This document shows positions 14,101 through 23,896 of a stretch of DNA of 64,000 nt, in pieces (positions within the stretch are counted from its first letter, which is position 1; each line of letters opens with the position of its first letter). The stretch lies in the NCBI RefSeq assembly GCF_006345805.1, contig NC_043001.1, positions 19,778,001 through 19,842,000 of the forward strand. The letters run 5' to 3'. The stretch is from Octopus sinensis (Eukaryota). The notes beneath the pieces were generated by a model, which searched no databases, was not told the origin of the DNA, and was given only the letters and a program-made list of their open reading frames with translations. Made by a program: the position numbers and the translations under genes.

Positions 14101-17100
14101 ATAATGGAATTGAACCCAGGACTTTGTGGTGGTGCTAAGAACTTCTTAATCATATTATACCTCTGTGTGTGCGTGTGTGTGGGTGTATTTATTTATTGGA
14201 CTTGGTGAGAGCTTATGGTGACTGGTGTATCTCAGTTGTTCTGTTACTGATTATCATTTGATCTTTCTTAATCTAAGTAAATCTTCACTCCAACATAGGG
14301 TGTATTTATATATATATATATATATAGGGAGAGTTTACGAAAAAAAACAAAAGACGAAGACAGGTGGTGTACAAAACAAACAGATGTATTAGTATAACGC
14401 TCAGGAATAGAAAAAGTCTTTTACATTTCGAGCCTACGCTCTTCTACAGAAAGGGACACAGAAAAAACAAGGAGAGAAAAAAAGCAGAGTAAAAAATGTG
14501 TGTAGTGGCTAACGATCTATCATGACGATAGATATATATATATTGTGTGTGTATATATATATATATATTATATATATATATTATATATATATATACATAC
14601 ATACATACACAATATTGGGTTCAGAACATGAAATGAGTGTGCTGTATAACTAAACCAGGAATATGTAGATCTTATCAGTTAAATCAAAAGTTCCACAAGT
14701 CTGCAGTGTGAGAAAAAAAAGACTCCAAGATGCCAAGTTCTAATTGACAAAGTTTATCCCAAAGAGAATGTAAATCTAAAGTATTTTGCATCTATGCTTA
14801 TTAAATTTAGTTTTGTGCACTATAAATGTATCCCTTGTAGAACTTCCATTTTTATCTCTGTAGCATTCAGGCTGGAATGATCCCCCCTTGGTTGACCCGG
14901 CACCTGTACAGGTAAGGATTTGGTGTATAGGGCCCATTTGTTATAAATTTCTCCTGGAAGTCCTTAAGTCCTTTAGATATTTATATATGCATGAAATCTT
15001 CTGCTTCTTTTACCTAATAATATGCATGCGTCCTTACACTTTTTTTTTTTTTTGCATTAGTTCTGAAATAACAGCTTTTATTAACATTGTTTATCTATAA
15101 ATATTTCATAAGACTTTCTAAAACTCTTCTTTTAATGAATCAGTTTCTTTAAATCCATTTTGTTATTTAACATTCTCTGCATGAAACTCAACAAGCATGT
15201 TTTCATTATAAATATTTCATATTTAATTCTTCTTTTATGTTTAATATTGTTTATGTCTGAGGGTAAGTAAATAACAAATGATGTCACTATATACACTATA
15301 CACTGAACTGAAAAAATATTGTTTCTAGAATCTTTCTAGAAAAGATTCTAGAAACAAAATGTTTAATCTCTGAATAATGCAATCCTTGATTTATGCAAAC
15401 AAACCAAGAATATTTGATGTTATGCATTAGTAAGATTTCTAGTCATCACTTATTTATAAAGCCATCAACCAACTATGATTTTTAAAAATTCATCATCATC
15501 AATCATCATCGTTTAATGTCCGCTTTCCATGCTGGCGTGGGCTGGATGGTTTGTCCGAGGACTTTCAAGCTGAGAGGCTGTACCAGGGTCCAATCTGATC
15601 TGGCAGAGTTTCTACAGCTGGATGCCCTTCCTAACGCCAACCTCTCCAAGAGTGTAGTGAGTGCTTTTTACATGTCAACCAGCACGGGAGCCAGTCAAGT
15701 GGCACTGGTACCAGCCATGCTCAAATGGTGCTTTTTGCATGCTACCAGCATGGGTGGCACTGGCATTGGCCACACTTGAATGGTGCTTTTTACATGCCAC
15801 CAGCACAGGTGGCAGTCGGGCGATACTAGCATTGGCCATGCTCAAATGGTGCCAGTCAACTTATACAAAATGGTAACTGAAAGATACTAGAAAGTTACAA
15901 GAGCAAAAAACTCTATGTAGTCACTGGACTTGCTATGAATAGTTGCCAAATCTCCTTCAAACCTCACTCTGCTTTCTCAAACGTGGAAGGTAACATTGGA
16001 GAATGTACTCCTAGCTATACTATGAGGCTGAGAATATGCATGGTTATGGCTCAATACTTTTGATCATTTGTCTGTTCAATCAAAGCTGACTTAAAGCTAA
16101 TCAACAATAATAACCAAAGATTAACCCTTTCATTACCAACCCAGCTGAAACCGGTTCTGGCTCTGAGTACAAATGTTTTGTTTTCATAAGTTTTGAATTA
16201 AAATCTTCCACCAAACCTTAGTCACAATTTATGTTCCTAACACTAGCTCAATGATAACTAAGCTATTTCGCTAAATTCTTTTGTTATATTTAAAATAATT
16301 GAAAGAAACACAGAGCATCTCAACAGAAATACAGTAACGAAAGGGTTAAAGCTAATCAACAATAATAACCAAAGATTAAGTGGGGAAAAAGCACTTTTGA
16401 AGAAAAATAACTGCTGATGAGTATGCTCTTTGATGTTGTAAACACAGAAAATATAATCCTGAAAATAATTTCAAATAAAATTTGTATGTTTATGCCTATA
16501 AGTGTCAACTTTACTGATACTCTATCACCGCTACCTTCAACATCAATCTTATGTGAAACAACAAAGAAATCAAGAAGCCATGGTAGCCTTAATGTGGTTG
16601 TTAGAGATATCAATCAATCCAATCCTTTTACATGGGACTTGATTTGTTATAAATAGCAATCAGATTTCCCTGCCACCTTGAAAATAAAAGGAAGCATACG
16701 TCAAATAATGTTCTAGATGTAATGTATGGAACATTTTTAATCATAAATTTGCTCCATTAAAAACATTTTTAATCATAAATATGGTCCATTAAAAACATTT
16801 TTAATCATAAATATGGTCCATTAAAAACATTTTTAATCATAAATATGGTCTATAGCCCCGAGCTGACCGGAGCTTTGTGATTGAATTCGGTAGGTGGAAG
16901 TTACTGCCGTGTGTGTATATGTGCGTGTAGGTGCTTGTGCCTCTCCCAAAGAGAGAGAGAGGGGGGTCCATTAATAACATTTTTAATCATAAATCTGGTT
17001 CATCAAGAATACAGAATAAATTGATGATAGTTTCTTTAATGTTTCAAGTTTTCTAAACTGTATGTGATTTCTTTTTTTTTTTTTTTGTAAAGTTTCTGTT

Positions 17101-20100
17101 GTTATTATGAACCAACAAAGTCATTAAACCAATAAGGGAACTTCTCTGTGGTCACTTGTGCTGCTTTTTTATTGTATTTTGTGACTGTCAGAGGTTGAAG
17201 GACCAGCCCACCTGACATTTGGAAGGTCTCTGAGACTGAAACCATGGCCCAAGAGTTACCCTCCGACCAGAGACATGTAAGCTAAATGCTTACAACAGAA
17301 TGGACTCTGCTAAAGCACTTAAGGACCTAGTGGTACTATATTAAATTTTCAGCCAGATTCTGCATAGTTTCCATCCACCCAGTTTCACTCACAATACTTG
17401 GGTTGACCCATGGCTGTGGTAGAAAACACTTGCTCAAGGTGTCCTGCAGTGGGATCTAGTCTAGAGCCTTAAGAGTGTGAAATAAACTCATTAACCACAT
17501 AGTTATATTTCTTAGAAATATAGCAGTTGTACTTAATCTGGTTTTCCCACCATCTTAAGAAAAATGTCTGTATGATTGCTACTTCAGAAGCTTGATAAGA
17601 CTATAAATAGTATCTCTATTATTTGATATGCTATCTATAGATAGCATATTTCTGAAGCTCTAGTATGAAACCTTGTAGAAACATCTTAACAACTATTTCA
17701 TATCTTTAACAATGCCATGGGAAGTATTTCATTTCAGTGACCAGGTTGTAGGTGTATAAGAAAACATTTTGACATTATATAGCATACTGTCAACAAAACA
17801 CAAAATTTCATATAGTTTGTGTGTGTGGGCGTGTGTGTGTGTTGACTTTTCTCACAGTGTAAAACATTTTAGTTTCAACACATGGTCTCATAGCAAGCCG
17901 TTTGTCAAGCATTTAAAATGCCAACAGTTTTATAATTATGTTGGTGTGTAGTCAAGTCTCACAACTGGTTCTAGTTGTGGGAATATTTATTTTACAACTG
18001 TATCTAAAAACAGCTCTTTAGTAAAATGTTTAGTTTAAGCCATTGTGGTTTTAGCCTTACGACTGCTTTTATCCTTTTCTGCTTTAGCTTGGAGAAGGTG
18101 CAGTGCCCATGATTTTCCCAGGCCCTCCAAGCTGGTGAGATTCATATGAATCCGTCTGAGCATTAATAGACTGATATCTAAGGGAATAATGTAGATGGAG
18201 AGGAAATTCCTAATGATTGGTACTCTACAGAAGAAGGATTGGTTTAAAAGGGCTAATGTAAATAAAGTGGGGTTGGATTTGGCAATAAGATGAGAGCTCA
18301 GGTTCAGTCCCTCTCTATAGCATCTGAGGCAAGCTTTGAAGGGGAAACTGGCTAGACAGGAAATATGAAAGACTCAAATGAATTGTTCTTGCAATTCAAA
18401 GGGTTTGTCATGCTAATTTAGTCTGAGAACTATGTTAAGAGTACATGTGCTTTTTGAGTACTCAGCCTTTTACATGCTAATTTAATGAGTAGGTAGTTCA
18501 GTTGTTCAAATAACTGAGCACTCATCATTAAAACTGATGGAGGACCCTTTGTGCTAGTTCAGAGGACCAGAGGGCTTTCAAAACAACAACAGAACAGGCA
18601 GTGAGAGGAGACAGGATGTCTAAGCTCCACTACAAAAAGACTTTCCGAGATACCAATATCTTTTTGCCTTAAAAGATAGAACATTAAATTGACATGTTAT
18701 TCATATTGACCTGCGAGTATCCTTCTAAAACAATTGTCAAGACTGACGAAGGACAGTGGTGCTACGACTATTGATAAATTTAAGCAACTAATAATGTAAC
18801 AGGATATGAGCCATTGTCAGTTTCTATAATAACGAAATTATTGTATACAGTGCACAGGTGCACCACAACTTGTCAAAAAGTGCATATAAAATATATGCAG
18901 TAATGTACAAATGTCTGGAAAGCGAACAGTGTATGAATCAGATATATGCTCGTGTGTGTATAGAGGGGAGAAAATCAGGTGTAGTGTTGGCAAATCTCAG
19001 GGGCCTGGAAGTTTTGAAGGATGCAGTGCTCCAACAACTAACAACTGATGCCGGCAGTTTGTTCCATACTTCAGCAACTCTTAGCGTGTACACAGTACAA
19101 GTTGTAGACAATCACTCACTCGTTTGTTTTACATTTACAACCCACACACAAGTACATGCCGAGGCATTGCTTTACAGCTGGATGCCCTTCCTTTCACCAA
19201 CCTTTCTCTTTTTTTTTTTTTTTTTTTGGTAAGAAGTTTTCATTCCACTTGTCTTCAAGTGCGGGGCTGCTGTAATATTTGTTGACACAAAAATGTGAAC
19301 AAACATCACTGTCCATAGCTTAGCACTGTGCAGAATGCAGACATTCAATTGGCATGCACATGTATGCAGTACACTCTGCAAGGTGGTGGGCATTAGGCAG
19401 GGCATTCAGCTGCAAAAGCCATGCCGAAACAGACAGTGGAGCTTGGTGCAGTCCTGTCAAACCATCCAGTCCATGCCAGCATGGAAGATGGATGTTAAAT
19501 GATGATGATGTGCATACATACACACACATGAAAGGCTTTGTGCAATTTCCATCTACCTAATTCATTCCCAAAGGATTGCTCAACCAGGGGCTACAGTAGA
19601 AGACATTTGCCCAAGGTGCCATACTCAAGGACTGAACTCTAAACCTCATGGTTTTGAAGTGAACTTCTTCACCAAACTGCCAAGCCTGCTCCAATCAATG
19701 ATGATAATTCATATTGATTAATAATGCTCAACTTTATATCAATATAAAAAAAGAATGTGTTTCTTTTTACAAATTATTTTCTGCCTTTATTTCTTTCATT
19801 AACTATGTATTCACCAAAGAGTGAATATTTGAACTTTCTTATAATGCTAAAATTCATTAACCATTTAACAACTATCACATTGTATTAATATGATATGGTT
19901 TTCATATTCAGTCTCCTGTAGGTGCACCAAACGTCATATATTTGATAGAGACTGAAAATTAGTTCAGCTAAAAATCGCCTTTTAATATCAATGGTTTCTT
20001 CTACCTGCAGACTTACCTGAATTAAGCTTATGTTATTTTTCGAAAATTACCTGTAGAGCTGCTGTTAATCTTTGCTTATGTAAATTGCAGCAATTTGAAT

Positions 20101-23100
20101 CTCCAAATGCAATTCCCAATCAAATGTATGGAATTCCTGGAAACACTGATCAACAACAACAACCTGTCAACAGTTATCCAAACATTTACAACCCCCAGGA
20201 ACATCAGCCTCAATTGCCGGTAAGATATCTTTATATATAAAAGAGAAGTTGTGTGTCTGTCTCCTACAATTTAGATTCCTAACTACTCCCACATTTTGCA
20301 GTGCAGTTTAACCAAAGCCGGGTATCTTATAGCCGTGATTCATATCGAGCCCTTCTGGGTATTAGCGCGCGTTTACGATTTAAAAGAAAATTTACCATAA
20401 TTTTTTTCCATTTTAATGCAATTTTTCGCTATTATATAAGGGAAGTAACTCTCTAAAAATGTCTGCGATGAATCAACGATTTAAAAAAAAATTTACCATA
20501 ATTTTTTTCCCATTTTTAATGCATTTTTTTGCTATTTTTTGGCTATAACTCTCTAAAAATGCTTATATAGTTATTTCCCTTACAAACCCGAGCAACACCG
20601 GGCGATACTGCTAGTTTAATAATATTTTACTTTTATGATTTCACTTATAAATTTAAACACCTGTATGTTTTTTTATTAAAACTTATTAAAATATTTTACT
20701 GTTTGTAGCAATCAGCACCTGTAGTTAACCAAGCTCCAGAACCTGTACCTGAAGTTGTAAAAGGACCGTTGCCAAATGAACATCAAATTTTACAAGACAT
20801 ATTTGATGCTTTGGTTGAAAACTGTTTAAAAGTTGCATCAAATGCTGTAAGTAAAACAATGAAACATCCTTACTCTTTACTCTTTTACTTGTTTCAGTTA
20901 TTTGATTGTGGCCATGCTGGAGCACCGCCGTTAGTCGAGCAAATCGACCCAGGGAATTATTCTTTGTAAGCCCAGTACTTATTCTATCGGTCTCTTTTGC
21001 CGAACCGCTAAGTGACGGGGACATAAACACACCAGCATCGGTTGTCAAGCAATGCTAGGGGGACAAACACAGACACACACACACACACACATACTCATAT
21101 ATATATATATACATATATACGACAGGCTTCTTTCAGTTTCCGTCTACCAAATCCACTCACAAGGCATTGGTCGGCCCGGGGCTATAGCAGAAGACACTTA
21201 CCCAAGATGCCACGCAGTAGGACTGAACCCGGAACCATGTGGTTGGTTAGCAAGCTACTTACCACACAGCCACTCCTGCACCTATTTCATAATTTTTAAT
21301 CTAAATATGCACTGCAATACAGACTTATTCTTTGTAAGCCTAGTACTTATTCTATCGGTCTCTTTTGCCGAACCACTAAGTTACGGGGACCTAAACACAC
21401 CAGCATTGGTTGTCAAGTGATGATAGGGGGACAAACACAGACACACAAACATATACACACACATACATATATACGATGGGCTTCTTTCAGTTTCCGTCTA
21501 CCAAATCCACTCACAAGGCTTTTGTCGGCCCACGTCTATAGTTGAAGACACTTACCCAAGCTGCCACGCAGTGGGACTGAACCCGGAACCATGTGGTTGG
21601 TAAGCAAGCTACTTACCATCACAGCCATTCCCGTGCCTATAGTAATATATAGTAATAATAATCTAACAAGTTCTGAGATTCTTAATTTTTTTTCTTTTTT
21701 TAATTATTTTAACAAAGCATGGTTTCCATTTATTTACTTCTTTCCCTGATATTTCATGATGTCGGACGTCCACTTCACAGTTTTTTAAATGCTGATTTTT
21801 TATCTCTTTTTCGTATTTAGCAAACTAAAAGAAAACTGGAAGATGTAGTTAAGAAACTGGAAGCTTTATATGACAAGCTAAGAGAAAATTCGGTATGATA
21901 CTTTGCAGTTTTATAACTCCCCTCTCCCCCCTCTCCCTCTCTCCTTCACAGACTTGTACTTTCATCATTATCATCATCATCATCGTTTACCGTCCATTTT
22001 CCGCCCTAGCACGGGTTGGACGGTTCGACCGGGGTCTGGGGAGCCAGGGGCTGCTCCAGGCTCCAGTCTGATCTGGCAGTGTTTCTACAGCTGGATGCTG
22101 CCCTTCCTAACGCCAACCACTCCGCGAGTGTAGTGGGTGCTTTTTACGTGCCACCTGCACAGGTGCCAGAGGGGTCTGGCATCGGCCGCGATCGGTTGGT
22201 GCTTTTTATGTGCCACTGGCACAGAAGGGCTTAGCCGTGTGGTTACTTCGTTAATCTGAACTCTCGTTGTACTTTGTATTGCAATTATCATTAATTTCAG
22301 ATAATTGTTTTAACTTCAGGCTTCAATTTCACCAACTGACCTTTTCTTCTTTGATTGAAGTAGCTCTGCAGTGATCTTCAGAAAAATTATAATTCCTTGA
22401 TCAATTGGCCTCTTGTTTATAGATGAGGTTAATAGTCTAAAAGCATAATCTTTTTAACAATACCTAATGTCAGTCATTCGATGATCTTTAACCCTTTCGT
22501 TACCAACCCGGCTGAAACCGGCTCTGGCTCTGTATACAAATGTCTTGTTTCCATAAGTTTTGAATTAAAATCTTCCACCAAACCTTAGTCACAATTTATG
22601 TTTCTAACACTAGCTTAATGATAACTAAGTTATTTTACTAAATTCTTTGTTTATATTTAAAGTAATTGAAAGAAACACAGAACATCTCAAAATAAATATA
22701 GTAACGAAAAGGTTAAACTTCTAATTTTCTAGTTATCATTGTATTGGTATTACAACAGAATGTTTTGTCACATATTTCTGTAGCTGTAATCCAGAACATT
22801 TAACTTTGATATTAACTTATCACTAAATATACATAATATGGAGGTGCAATGGCCCAGTGGTTAGGGCAGTGGACTCATGGTCGGAGAATCACAGTTTCGA
22901 TTCCCAGACCAGACGTGTGTGTTTATTGAGCGAAAACACCTAAAAAGCTCCAGGAGGCGCCGGCAGGGGGTGGTGGTGACCCCTGTTGTACTCTTTCACC
23001 CCAACTTTCTCTCACTCTTTCTTCCTGTTTCTTGAGTAACGCTGTGATGGACTGGCGCCCCGTCCAGCTGGGAGGTGGGGGAACACGAACCTGGCTAGGC

Positions 23101-23860
23101 TTGAAAAGGGCGCATAAATAAAAAAAAATATACATAATCCCTTTTGATTTTCTTTTCTATTGCCATCTTACTTAGCCTTTCACTTGTAGCATCCACCATT
23201 TTTTGTAGAACTAAAAGATGTAATCAAGAACATTTTTATGTGTCTAGGAGGAAGTTTAATATTTTAGTTGCTCTTGTCTACTTAATTTTTACTGGTATTC
23301 CGTTGGTGATGACAATGAGGGTTCCAGTTGATCCGATCAATGGAACAGCCTGCTCATAAAATTTATGTACAAGTAGCTGAATAATCCACAGACACGCGTA
23401 CCCTTAATGTAGTTTTCAGGGAGATTCAGTGTGACACAGAATGTTACAAGGCTGGCCCTTTGAAATACAGGCACAACTCATTTTTGCCAGCTGAGTAGAC
23501 TGGAGCAACATGAAATAAAGTGTCTTGCTCAAGGAGACAATGTGCCACTGAGAGATGAACTCACTATCTTACAATTGCAAGCCAGCCACCCTAACCACTA
23601 AGCCACGCGCCTTCTACCTAACTAAGGAATGAATAATATATTCTATCCTTCATTATTGAATGGTTAACTTTCTGAAAGATCATCTGGCTATAGATTTGCT
23701 TGAAAAGGTTCCCTGGTAAGATTCCAGAAAGGCATCTACTCATGTCTGTGTAATATTGTAAGAATAGCTGAAAACAAAATTTTATCATTACTCACCAATT
23801 TGATTTTGTTGACAAACTTATGAGGATTAAACCTCAGTTGTCCCAAACTGCTGACTTCAC

Positions 23861-23896
<36 letters not shown>

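Noticed and set aside
19912-19960. SPVGAPNV candidate SEC31 exon
   Set aside because: There is no convincing donor before the in-frame stop.
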